In this document: in pieces, positions 27,079-35,258 of the stretch
Layout of the letters: each line of letters starts with the position of its first letter
Position numbering within the stretch: position 1 is the stretch's first letter
Source: Gemmatimonas sp.
GTDB taxonomy: Bacteria > Gemmatimonadota > Gemmatimonadetes > Gemmatimonadales > Gemmatimonadaceae
Length of the DNA: 55,265 bases
Direction: 5' to 3'
Assembly: GCA_031414535.1 (NCBI GenBank)
Contig: JANNVQ010000032.1
Location: forward strand, 1 to 55,265
Program-made: the position numbers and the translations under genes
The notes under the pieces: generated by a model
Seen by the model: only the letters and a program-made list of their open reading frames with translations
Told to the model about the DNA's origin: nothing
Databases searched by the model: none

Positions 27079-27082
27079 GGGA

Positions 27083-27111
27083 ATAGTAACGCGTGGCGTT
27101 ATTAGTGGCAA
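27083..27111 (-). promoter_or_regulatory. higBA promoter with palindromic operator
   Basis: Minus strand TTGCCA-17bp-TACTAT; TAGTAACGC-gtg-GCGTTATTA inverted repeat 27084-27104. Confidence 0.65.
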
Positions 27112-27273
27112 CTGCGCTGGCGACGAGCTTTATCATGCCGGCCTTAGTGCAATTGGCGGCATCGGATCGCTGCTGAGCACATCAGAGAAACGCCAGGCAC
27201 CGAACGGGTATCCAGCTTCGTAATCAGCAATGATCTGCGGACTAAGGCGCTCAAATTTCTCATCGAGAGTTCA

Positions 27274-27471
27274 ATGGCGTTTCACATCGCTCGCGAACAG
27301 GAAGTCGATGGTCGCTGGATTGCCGAGGTGGACGCGCTTCCTGGTGTGCTTGCCTACGGGCAGACGGAGTCTGACGCGATTGAGCGTGTTCACGCGCTGG
27401 CCCTGCGGGTTCTCGCCGAGCAGCAAGTGTGCGGCGACGCAGTGCCGCCCGAGCGTGGCTGCGATGTATAA
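27274..27471 (+). CDS. HicB-family antitoxin (orphan)
   Basis: EQEVDGRWIAEVDALPGVLAYGQTESDAIERVHALALRVLA; no intact hicA adjacent. Confidence 0.8.
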   Translation: MAFHIAREQEVDGRWIAEVDALPGVLAYGQTESDAIERVHALALRVLAEQQVCGDAVPPERGCDV

Positions 27472-27492
27472 ATGAGTTGGGGAGGATGCGGA

Positions 27493-27527
27493 TGGGGAGC
27501 TCGCGCTGCGGGCTCCCCACTTTTCTT
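27493..27527 (+). terminator. Rho-independent terminator
   Basis: TGGGGAGCTCGC-gct-GCGGGCTCCCCA followed by CTTTTCTT. Confidence 0.75.
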
Positions 27528-27578
27528 GTAGGTCATGGTATACGCCATTGACGTACATCAGAAAACGCCGCATAACCA

Positions 27579-27640
27579 ATGCAACTCATTGGGACAGCTG
27601 CTTTTTCGCGTCAGGCGCGGGATCTCCTGTTGGATCGCGC
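27579..27640 (+). pseudogene. Remnant of a RelE/HigB2-type toxin (N-terminus only)
   Basis: MQLIGTAAFSRQARDLLLD resembles the MxFIETxxFTRxxxxLLxD start of HigB2-like toxins; only about 85 bp before the antitoxin start; TACGCCA-t-TGACGTA inverted repeat upstream at 27541-27555. Confidence 0.5.
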
Positions 27641-27663
27641 GCAGACAATCCGAGGACCGATCG

Positions 27664-27975
27664 ATGCGAAAGGAACTGTTCGACGAACTGCTGCAGAGCG
27701 TCCGAGAGATGCAAGAGATTCGAGCCGGCAAGCGTCCCTCGGCTCGCGTGACAACGGCGAAGGATGTGCTGCGCCGCGATGTGAAGGACGTCGCCGCGCT
27801 TCGTCGCCACTTCCGGCTGAGCCAAACGAAGTTCGCCGCGATGCTCGGCATCAGCGTTGACACCTTGCAGAACTGGGAGCAAGGACGTCGGCAGCCGGAT
27901 GGGCCGGCGCGTGTTCTCCTCCGAATAGCCGCAACCCATCCTGAAGCGATTCTCGCCGTCTCTGCCTTAACTTGA
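27664..27975 (+). CDS. XRE/HTH antitoxin (NadS/HigA2-like)
   Basis: ATG 27664 after GAGG; MRKELFDELLQSVRE...LSQTKFAAMLGISVDTLQNWEQGRRQPDGPARVLL. Confidence 0.88.
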   Translation: MRKELFDELLQSVREMQEIRAGKRPSARVTTAKDVLRRDVKDVAALRRHFRLSQTKFAAMLGISVDTLQNWEQGRRQPDGPARVLLRIAATHPEAILAVSALT

Positions 27976-28027
27976 AAGAAAAATAAAGGGCAAAATAATA
28001 CCCGTAATATTGCGAATTGGTAGTTTA

Positions 28028-28045
28028 GAGGTATATTTATACCTC
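28028..28045. promoter_or_regulatory. Palindromic operator in the AT-rich hipBA promoter
   Basis: GAGGTATA-tt-TATACCTC perfect 8-bp inverted repeat over a TATATT -10-like element. Confidence 0.6.
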
Positions 28046-28047
28046 CA

Positions 28048-28335
28048 ATGCTCCCTTCAATTGAATCCCTCCCTGTCCAGCTCGCCAACCGCGTAAAGGA
28101 GCGGAGGCTCGCGCTCGGCTGGTCCCGCGCCACGCTCGCAGACCGAGCCGCCGTCTCCGCAGAAACCCTGCGAGCATTCGAGCGCACCGGGCAAATCGCT
28201 CTGCACAGATTGGTGCGTCTGGCTATCGCACTCGGCCTCGGAGACGAGATGGAGAAGCTGTTCGCTACGCCGGTGCCACCACGAAGCCTGGACGAGGTGC
28301 TCGCGCAGTCGAAGCGTCGGCAACGGGGGCGCTGA
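28048..28335 (+). CDS. HipB-like XRE HTH antitoxin
   Basis: LANRVKERRLALGWSRATLADRAAVSAETLRAFERTGQIAL; coupled to hipA. Confidence 0.85.
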   Translation: MLPSIESLPVQLANRVKERRLALGWSRATLADRAAVSAETLRAFERTGQIALHRLVRLAIALGLGDEMEKLFATPVPPRSLDEVLAQSKRRQRGR

Positions 28336-29558
28336 TGGCCGCCACGGAAGTCCTTCAGGTTCTGCTGTGCGATCGGGACCAGCCGCGGAGAGTTGGGCGT
28401 CTGGCGGACGGAGGCGCAGGCCCGCACTTCGAGTACGATCCCGAGTTCATCGCCGAGGGCATCGAACTCGCGCCGCTCGCTCTGCCGCTGCGCGCGGGAG
28501 TGGTGACGCCGGGTCCGCGCTTTCTCTACCGCCTGCGCGGATTGTTCGCGGATTCCATCCCCGATGGATTCGGCCTCAAGGTCCTGCACCAAGCCCTCCG
28601 CGGCGCTGGGCGCGATCCATTCGCGGCGTCGGCATTGCAGCTCTTGGCAGCGGTGGGAGATCGTGGGATGGGGGCGCTGAGCTATCGCCCGGTGGATGAG
28701 GTGTGGGGCGAGCCTCGCGAGTTACCCTCACTTGCAGCGTTGGCCTCGCAGGCGGCGCGACTCGATGCCGATGTCGCCGACGAGCTCCCGGACGCGCTGC
28801 GACGCGCGGCGGGCTCATCCGGTGGCGCGCGGCCTAAGGTGACGGTGGCCTTGCACGCCGATGGTCGAGTGCAGGACGCCAGCTTGCCACTGGCGCCAGG
28901 GTTTCGGCAGGTGCTGGTGAAGTTCCGCGCTTCGAGTGATCCAGCGGCGCAGGTGGCGCTGGAGGCGGCGTACCTCCGCATGGCCGACGCGGCGGGACTG
29001 CTCGTGCCGAAGTTCGAGACGCTCACCCTCGATGGTGCAGAGCAGGCGCTGGTGCTCGAGCGCTTCGACCGCGCCGGAGCCACCCGATTGCACGTGCAGT
29101 CGCTGGCGGCACTGCTGGAATTGGATTTCCGCCGCGACCTCGTGGACTACGCGCACCTGCTCGACGCCACCCTGAGGCTGACGCGCGATTTCGGCGAAGT
29201 GGAGCGCGCCCTGCGCCTTGCGGCCTTCAACGTGCTGGCAGGCAACCGGGACGATCACGCCAAGAACGTCGCGTTCCTGATGTCGCCCAGCGGCGAGTGG
29301 AGTTTGGCACCGGCCTATGATCTCACCTGGGGCGGGGACGCGGGATATCACGCAATGTCGGTGGACGGGGAGTCTCGGACGCCGACGGCTGATCACGTCG
29401 CACGTGTGGGACTGAGGCTGGGCTTGGACCGCAAGCGGGTGCACGCGGTGATTGACGAAGTGCGAGCGGCCGTGTCGCGCTGGAAGGAGTTCGCCGAAGC
29501 TGCGGCGGTGCCGGCGAAGGCCGCCGCCGAGGTAGGCCGAAGTCTCAGCCGGCCGTAG
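28335..29558 (+). CDS. hipA: HipA family Ser/Thr kinase toxin
   Basis: FADSIPDGFG, RGMGALSY, SSGGARPK, ERFDR, GNRDDHAKN, LAPAYDL. Confidence 0.93.
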   Translation: MAATEVLQVLLCDRDQPRRVGRLADGGAGPHFEYDPEFIAEGIELAPLALPLRAGVVTPGPRFLYRLRGLFADSIPDGFGLKVLHQALRGAGRDPFAASALQLLAAVGDRGMGALSYRPVDEVWGEPRELPSLAALASQAARLDADVADELPDALRRAAGSSGGARPKVTVALHADGRVQDASLPLAPGFRQVLVKFRASSDPAAQVALEAAYLRMADAAGLLVPKFETLTLDGAEQALVLERFDRAGATRLHVQSLAALLELDFRRDLVDYAHLLDATLRLTRDFGEVERALRLAAFNVLAGNRDDHAKNVAFLMSPSGEWSLAPAYDLTWGGDAGYHAMSVDGESRTPTADHVARVGLRLGLDRKRVHAVIDEVRAAVSRWKEFAEAAAVPAKAAAEVGRSLSRP

Positions 29559-29940
29559 CCTCACGGTACCGCACCCCAGGCAGCCCCACAAAATCCGCGT
29601 CCTGCGTCCAAAGCGTTGCGTTGGCTGCCCGCGCGGATGCGTACATCACGCTCTCTGCCATCGGCAACCGCTGCTCAGCCGCAAGCTTTGCCGCGGTAAT
29701 TGCTAGAGCCGCGCTGAGGTCGAGTACTTTCCCCTGCTGCATCAGGGCAACGGCCTGCAAGGCCGCGCTCTCGTCGCGCTGCTGCAGGATTCGCTTGAAG
29801 ACCTCGTAGAGCGAGATCGTCGGGACAAGCAACCGCTCCGGCCGCTCGATGGCCGGCGCGAAGAAGCCAGCCCCCGGCCCATCAGCGAAGTATTCAAGCC
29901 AGCCCGACGAGTCCACGACGTTCGAGGACGTTCCGCTCAC
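29545..29940 (-). CDS. vapC: VapC PIN-domain toxin
   Basis: NVVDSSGWLEYF, VPTISLYEVFK, LWTQDADF. Confidence 0.92.
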   Translation of the reverse strand: MSGTSSNVVDSSGWLEYFADGPGAGFFAPAIERPERLLVPTISLYEVFKRILQQRDESAALQAVALMQQGKVLDLSAALAITAAKLAAEQRLPMAESVMYASARAANATLWTQDADFVGLPGVRYREATAG

Positions 29941-30143
29941 GCGCGATCCTCATCGCGCGGAACGTCGGTGTCGATGCCACGCACGAATCCGCGCAGCGCC
30001 CGTGCGGCCTTAAGCGGCACAAACTCCACGCGTCCCTCATAGGCGATGGCCTGCATTTTCTGGCCAGCTTCCAGCCCGAGCGCTGTGCGGATCTCGAGAG
30101 GGATGACGACTTGGAATTTGGGGGAGACGGTCACGATGGTCAC
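29937..30143 (-). CDS. vapB: AbrB/MazE-type VapB antitoxin
   Basis: GTG 30143; VTVSPKFQVVIPLEIRTALGLEAGQ. Confidence 0.9.
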   Translation of the reverse strand: MTIVTVSPKFQVVIPLEIRTALGLEAGQKMQAIAYEGRVEFVPLKAARALRGFVRGIDTDVPRDEDRA

Positions 30144-30167
30144 AGGTTTCTCGGAGGCAGTGGTCGT

Positions 30168-30201
30168 ATTACGATACACTTATCGATGTATATATCGCAA
30201 T
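30168..30201. promoter_or_regulatory. Tandem palindromic operators upstream of vapBC
   Basis: CGATA-cact-TATCG and CGATG-tata-TATCG overlapping at ATCGAT in an AT-rich stretch. Confidence 0.55.
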
Positions 30202-30274
30202 ACGGGCCGCGTCCGGTGTTGGACGTCAGCGTAAGCCGTCGCCGGAAGGCCAGCGAAACCTTTATCTTTCGTGG

Positions 30275-30604
30275 ATGACCGTTTCCTCCCCGACGTCCGC
30301 CCGCGCCTACGTAGACGCCCACGCGGGCCAAGTGCCTCCGGTTCTGATCGAGCGCGTACAGGCCGTTCTGGCCGCCGGCTCGGCCGCCGAGCAGCTTCCG
30401 GTGGCCGACGCCCTGCTTAAGGCCTCTACCACGCTCCTAGGCGCAGTGCTGGCCGACCGTGAAGCTGGGCGCGAGGTGGCCTTGGATCTCCTGGCCGCCG
30501 ACGCCTGCGTGACCTGGGCATTCGAAGCCGCTGCCGATGCTCCGGGCACGCTCCCGGCGCAGGCCGAGCTGGCCATGGAGCGGATTGCGGAGCTGGCTAA
30601 GTGA
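30275..30604 (+). CDS. Hypothetical protein
   Basis: 109 aa, ALDLLAADACVTWAFEAAA; coupled to gmhA; TATCTT-N6-ATG upstream. Confidence 0.65.
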   Translation: MTVSSPTSARAYVDAHAGQVPPVLIERVQAVLAAGSAAEQLPVADALLKASTTLLGAVLADREAGREVALDLLAADACVTWAFEAAADAPGTLPAQAELAMERIAELAK

Positions 30605-31185
30605 GCAAGCATCCCGTCCTTACCCCTGTGCAGCATCTGCGGGAGCTGGCTGAGACAGCCACGCGTGCGGCGGACTCGCTGGCTGGGCAGATCGCTGAGG
30701 CCACGCAGCTTGCACGCGCGAGCCTCGCGCAGGGCGGGACGCTGTTCTTCTGCGGCAATGGCGGTAGCGCGGCCGACGCGCAGCACATCGCCACCGAGTA
30801 CACCATCCGCTATCTTCGGGAGCGGCGGGCTCTCAGGGCCATTGCGCTCACGACGGACACCTCCGCGCTGACGGCGGCGGGCAACGACTTTGGCTTTGAC
30901 GAAGTGTTTGCGAGGCAGCTCGAGGCTCTTGGCAGGGCGGGGGACGTCCTGTTCGTGCACACCACGAGCGGCAACTCACCCAACTGCCTGCGCGCCATCG
31001 AGGCGGCCAAGCGCTTGGGTGTGAAGAGCGTGGCACTCACGGCAAAGGACGGCGGCAAGGTGAAGGATGTGGCGGACCTCACCTTGATTGTGCCCACGTC
31101 GCGCACCGATCGAGCGCAGGAGCTGCATTTGGCCATCCAGCACGCCATCTGTGATGTCTTAGATGCGGAAGCCGCAAGCGCATGA
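30601..31185 (+). CDS. gmhA: Phosphoheptose isomerase (SIS domain)
   Basis: CGNGGSAADAQHIATE, ALTTDTSALTAAGNDFGFDEVFARQ, TTSGNSPN, QELHL. Confidence 0.95.
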   Translation: MSKHPVLTPVQHLRELAETATRAADSLAGQIAEATQLARASLAQGGTLFFCGNGGSAADAQHIATEYTIRYLRERRALRAIALTTDTSALTAAGNDFGFDEVFARQLEALGRAGDVLFVHTTSGNSPNCLRAIEAAKRLGVKSVALTAKDGGKVKDVADLTLIVPTSRTDRAQELHLAIQHAICDVLDAEAASA

Positions 31186-31213
31186 ACACGAAGTCCTCAC
31201 GGGGTACGGTGTA

Positions 31214-31981
31214 ATGACGGCAGCGATGTTTTCCTTGAAGGGGATGCGAGCGGTGGTGACCGGCGGCTCGCGCGGCATCGGCGGCGCCTGCGCGGAGTTG
31301 TTGGCCGAGTGCGGAGCGGATGTGTGCATTGGTTACCGCTCGCGCACGGCGGACGCCGACGCGATGGTGGGCAAGCTCACGGCGCGCGGGGTACGGGCGA
31401 ATGCACATTCTTCCGATTTAGGGACTGCGGCGGGCGCCGATGCGCTGGTGGCTGCTGCGGTGACGGCGTTCGGTGGGCTCGACATTCTCATTCACTCGGC
31501 GGGCATCTGGCCGGTGGAGGATGTGCCGGTGCACGAGATGTCGGATGAGCGTTGGCATCGGACGATGCGTGAGAATTTGGATGCGATGTTCTTTGTGTCA
31601 CGGGCGGCGGCGCGTGTGCTGGGGGATGGCGGGCGGATTGTGCACATCTCGAGCACGGCGGGGCAGCGTGGTGAGGCGTTTCACGCGGATTATGCGGCGA
31701 GCAAGGGCGCGATGATTTCGTTTGTGAAGTCGCAGGCGATTGAATTGGCGAAGCGCGGGGTGACGGTGAACTGCGTGGCGCCGGGCTGGGTAGATACGGA
31801 GATGTGTGCGGAGCCGTTTGCGAATGGTGGGAAGGCGCGGGTTGAGGCGGGGATTCCGAATGGGCGGGTGGCCTCGGCGCGGGATGTGGCGTTTGCGGCG
31901 GTGGCGTTGTGTGCGCCGGGGGCGCGGCACTTGGTGGGGGAGATTGTGAATGTGAATGGTGGTGCGGTGCTGTGCGGCTAG
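31214..31981 (+). CDS. SDR family oxidoreductase (FabG-like)
   Basis: VTGGSRGIG, ISSTAG, YAASK, VNCVAPGWVDT. Confidence 0.92.
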   Translation: MTAAMFSLKGMRAVVTGGSRGIGGACAELLAECGADVCIGYRSRTADADAMVGKLTARGVRANAHSSDLGTAAGADALVAAAVTAFGGLDILIHSAGIWPVEDVPVHEMSDERWHRTMRENLDAMFFVSRAAARVLGDGGRIVHISSTAGQRGEAFHADYAASKGAMISFVKSQAIELAKRGVTVNCVAPGWVDTEMCAEPFANGGKARVEAGIPNGRVASARDVAFAAVALCAPGARHLVGEIVNVNGGAVLCG

Positions 31982-32892
31982 GAGAGGCCGAGACCACTAC
32001 GCCCAAGGTTTCCGTCGTCGTTCGCTGTCATAACGAGGCGAAGCACATCGGCCGCTTGCTTGAGTGCATTGGGCGGCAGACCGAGCGCAGCGTTGAAATC
32101 GTGGTTGTGGACTCTGGCTCTTCCGACGCCACCCTGGATATCGTCGCATCGTTCCCAGCGCGCGTCATTCACATTGCGCCCGATGAGTTCACGTTTGGAC
32201 GTTCGCTCAACAGGGGCTGTGCGGCGGCAACGGGTGAGCTTCTCGTGTTTGCATCCGCACACGTGTATCCCTGCGATGACGAGTGGCTGGCTCGACTCAT
32301 CGCGCCGTTTGCTGATGAACGCGTCGCGCTGACGTACGGCCGGCAGGTGGGCGACGAAACGTCGAGATTCTCGGAATGCCAACTATTTGAGCGGCAGTTT
32401 CCCGCAGTATCCAACCGCGATCAGAAGATTCCGTTTTGCAACAATGCGAACGCGGCAGTGCGGCGTTTGCTTTGGGTCAGTCATCCGTACGATGAGACGC
32501 TCACGGGCTTGGAGGATTTGGCCTGGGGCCGCTGGGCGCTCAGCAGCGGCTACAAGATTGCGTACGTGGCCGAAGCGGCTGTAGTACACATTCACGAAGA
32601 GAACGCAGCTCGGATCAAGCGGCGATACGAGCGCGAGGCAATCGCGCTTCGGCGCATCGTGCCGGACTCGCATATGTACGCGGTGGAGTTCGCGAAGTAC
32701 CTGTCGCGGCAGATCTGGGGCGACCTGCGAGCCTTGATGCGGGCGCGAAAGTCGCTCAGATACGTGCCGGAAATCTTCATGTTCAGAACCATGCAGTACT
32801 GGGGCACATTCCGTGGCATGAACGCACGGTCCGAGGTCACCCAGCAAATTTTGCACAAGTTCTATTTCCCAGAGGAAGCTGAGAATGACTGA
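31972..32892 (+). CDS. Glycosyltransferase family 2 (rhamnosyltransferase-like)
   Basis: VSVVVRCHNE, VVDSGSSDAT, FGRSLNRG, NNANAA, LEDLAW; start uncertain (GTG 31972). Confidence 0.88.
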   Translation: MRLGEAETTTPKVSVVVRCHNEAKHIGRLLECIGRQTERSVEIVVVDSGSSDATLDIVASFPARVIHIAPDEFTFGRSLNRGCAAATGELLVFASAHVYPCDDEWLARLIAPFADERVALTYGRQVGDETSRFSECQLFERQFPAVSNRDQKIPFCNNANAAVRRLLWVSHPYDETLTGLEDLAWGRWALSSGYKIAYVAEAAVVHIHEENAARIKRRYEREAIALRRIVPDSHMYAVEFAKYLSRQIWGDLRALMRARKSLRYVPEIFMFRTMQYWGTFRGMNARSEVTQQILHKFYFPEEAEND

Positions 32893-33577
32893 GACGCCGC
32901 GGATTGTGGCGCTGGTGCCGATGAAGGGGCATAGCGAGCGCGTGCCGAACAAGAACTTCCGCGCATTCAACGGCAAGCCGTTGTATCGGTGGATTGTGGA
33001 TGCCTTGTTGGAGTTGCCGGAGATTGCCGAAGTCATCATCAACACCGACGCCCGCGCCACCTTCGAGTCTCAGGGCGTGGCTGCGCTCCCGCGCGTTCGC
33101 CTGCGCGACCGCAAGCCGGAGTTGTGCGGCGACTTCGTGAGCATGAACAAAGTGCTCGGTGACGATGTGGCCAATGTGCCGGCCGACATCTACGTGATGA
33201 CGCACTCCACGAATCCGCTCCTGCAGTCTGCGACAATCAGCGGTGCGATCAAGCGGTACCGCGAGGTCGTGGCACAGGGCCTTGGCGATTCCATCTTTGC
33301 GGTGAACCGGTTTCAGACTCGGTTCTACCGAGAGGACATGAGCGCCATCAATCACGACCCCAACAATCTCATTCGCACTCAGGATCTTGAGCCTTGGTAC
33401 GAGGAGAACTCCAATCTGTACATCTTCTCCGCCGCGAGCTTCGCCAAGACGCAAGCGCGCATCGGCGGGCGCCCGCAGATGTTTGTCACGCCACGCAGCG
33501 AGTCGCTCGACATTGACGACCAAGAAGGCTGGGACATGGCTGAAGCCGTGAGCATCGGGCGGGGGAAGCGCTCGTGA
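32885..33577 (+). CDS. Acylneuraminate/Kdo cytidylyltransferase family (NeuA-like)
   Basis: ALVPMKGHSERVPNKN, GKPL, THSTNPLL, RTQDLEP, ENSNLY, SLDIDD. Confidence 0.9.
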   Translation: MTETPRIVALVPMKGHSERVPNKNFRAFNGKPLYRWIVDALLELPEIAEVIINTDARATFESQGVAALPRVRLRDRKPELCGDFVSMNKVLGDDVANVPADIYVMTHSTNPLLQSATISGAIKRYREVVAQGLGDSIFAVNRFQTRFYREDMSAINHDPNNLIRTQDLEPWYEENSNLYIFSAASFAKTQARIGGRPQMFVTPRSESLDIDDQEGWDMAEAVSIGRGKRS

Positions 33578-34512
33578 AAGTGCTCGTGACATGTCCGCCG
33601 ATGGTGCGGATGATTGATGCGTTCCGACCGAGGTTCGCCGCCCTGGGCGTTGATGTTGATGCGCCAGCGGTGGTGCAAACGATGCCCGAGTCGGAATTGA
33701 TCAAGCTGCTCCCGCAGTATGACGGTTGGATCATCGGAGATGATCCTGCCACGCGGGCGGTGTTTGCCGCTGGTATGGCCGGCAAGCTTCGCGCTGCGGT
33801 GAAGTGGGGAGTCGGAGTGGACAACGTGGACTTCGTGGCCGCTCGTGAGCTGGGACTGCCCATCATCAATACGCCTGGGGCCTTCGGCGGCGAAGTGGCC
33901 GATGTGGCCGTCGCGTACGTGATAATGCTCGCGCGGGAGTTGTCGGTGATTGACCGTGGCGTGCGGGCAGGCACTTGGCCAAAGCCAGCGGGCATCTCGC
34001 TCGCGGGAAAGACGGCCGGATTGATTGGCTTCGGAGACATTGGCAGCAACATCGGCCGACGCCTTGCTGCGGCCGACATGAAGATCCTCGCGTACGATCC
34101 GGCTCTGACCGCGGCGCCGGAGAATGTGGAGGTGGCGCAGTGGCCGGCGCGGGTGGAAGAGGCAGATTTCTTGGTGTTCTCGTGTGCGCTCACGCCCAAG
34201 AATCGCCATATGCTCGATGCCGGCGTGCTCTCCAGGGTCAAGGCGGGAGTGCGCATCGTGAATGTCGCCCGCGGCCCGCTGATTGATGAAGGCGCTCTCG
34301 TGGCTGCGTTGCAGAGCGGGCGCGTGCACAGCGCCGCGCTTGACGTGTTTGAGATTGAGCCTCTTCCGGCCGACTCACCGCTGCGTGCGATGGAACGGTG
34401 CGTGTTCGGCAGCCACAATGGGTCAAACACAGTGGACGCGGTCATTCGCACGTCGGAGCGCGCCATCGGTCTGTTGGCTGGGTTCTTGGGCATCGCTGAG
34501 CGTGCGCAATGA
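33574..34512 (+). CDS. D-isomer 2-hydroxyacid (phosphoglycerate-like) dehydrogenase
   Basis: GVGVDNVD, GLIGFGDIG, VNVARGPLIDE, AALDVFEIEP, GSHN. Confidence 0.9.
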   Translation: MKVLVTCPPMVRMIDAFRPRFAALGVDVDAPAVVQTMPESELIKLLPQYDGWIIGDDPATRAVFAAGMAGKLRAAVKWGVGVDNVDFVAARELGLPIINTPGAFGGEVADVAVAYVIMLARELSVIDRGVRAGTWPKPAGISLAGKTAGLIGFGDIGSNIGRRLAAADMKILAYDPALTAAPENVEVAQWPARVEEADFLVFSCALTPKNRHMLDAGVLSRVKAGVRIVNVARGPLIDEGALVAALQSGRVHSAALDVFEIEPLPADSPLRAMERCVFGSHNGSNTVDAVIRTSERAIGLLAGFLGIAERAQ

Positions 34513-35258
34513 AGCCTACGGCGCTGATTACCGGATCGCGCGGTGGTATTGGTCGCGCGCTGTGTGCGGTCTTCGCTGAGGCGGGCTACCGCGTCATCGG
34601 AATGGATTTGCTCGCGGGCGCGGACGGGGATTCGTCGCCCGGCGTGACTAGCATCCGCGAGGACATTCGGGTATTCGCCCGGGAATCTGCCGAGCGTGAG
34701 GCGGCAGTGTCGGCCTTGCTGGTGGCGATTGGTGGTGACGAGCTCCATGTGCTCGTGAACAACGCAGCGACCCAGCGGTTGGGAACGACTGAGCAGGTGT
34801 CGCTTGAGGACATGAACGTGACGCTGGAGACCAACGTCGTGGCTCCGCTGATGCTGGTTCAGGCACTGTTGCCCGCGCTCGAAAAGGCGAGGGGGTCGGT
34901 GGTGAATATTGGTAGCGTGCACGGGACGGCGACAAAGCGGGGGTTCGTGGCGTATGCGACGAGCAAGGCATCGCTAGCTGGCCTGACGCGTGCGCTTGCG
35001 GTGGATCTGGGTGGGCGCGTGCGGGTGAACTGCATCAGCCCGGGTGCGATTGCGACGCCGATGCTGGAGGCGGGGTTCGAGGGGAGACCGGACGCGCGCG
35101 CGCAGTTGGATGCGGTGCATCCGATCGGGCGGGTTGGGACGCCGTTGGAGGTGGCTCGGGTCGCGCTGTTCTTGGCGTCGGATGGAGCCGCAAACATCAC
35201 CGGCTCAGATCTCCGTGTGGATGGCGGTGTCTCGGGACGACTGCATGATCCGGCTTAG
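34509..35258 (+). CDS. SDR family oxidoreductase
   Basis: ITGSRGGIG, LVNNAA, YATSK, VNCISPGAIATPML. Confidence 0.92.
   Translation: MKPTALITGSRGGIGRALCAVFAEAGYRVIGMDLLAGADGDSSPGVTSIREDIRVFARESAEREAAVSALLVAIGGDELHVLVNNAATQRLGTTEQVSLEDMNVTLETNVVAPLMLVQALLPALEKARGSVVNIGSVHGTATKRGFVAYATSKASLAGLTRALAVDLGGRVRVNCISPGAIATPMLEAGFEGRPDARAQLDAVHPIGRVGTPLEVARVALFLASDGAANITGSDLRVDGGVSGRLHDPA

Noticed and set aside
26486..30201. TA array as integron cassettes
   Set aside because: No RYYYAAC...GTTRRRY attC pairs found between modules, mixed orientation, and no intI
31488..32006. Pro/His-rich minus-strand ORF
   Set aside because: Artefact of the strong G skew in the 3' half of the SDR gene
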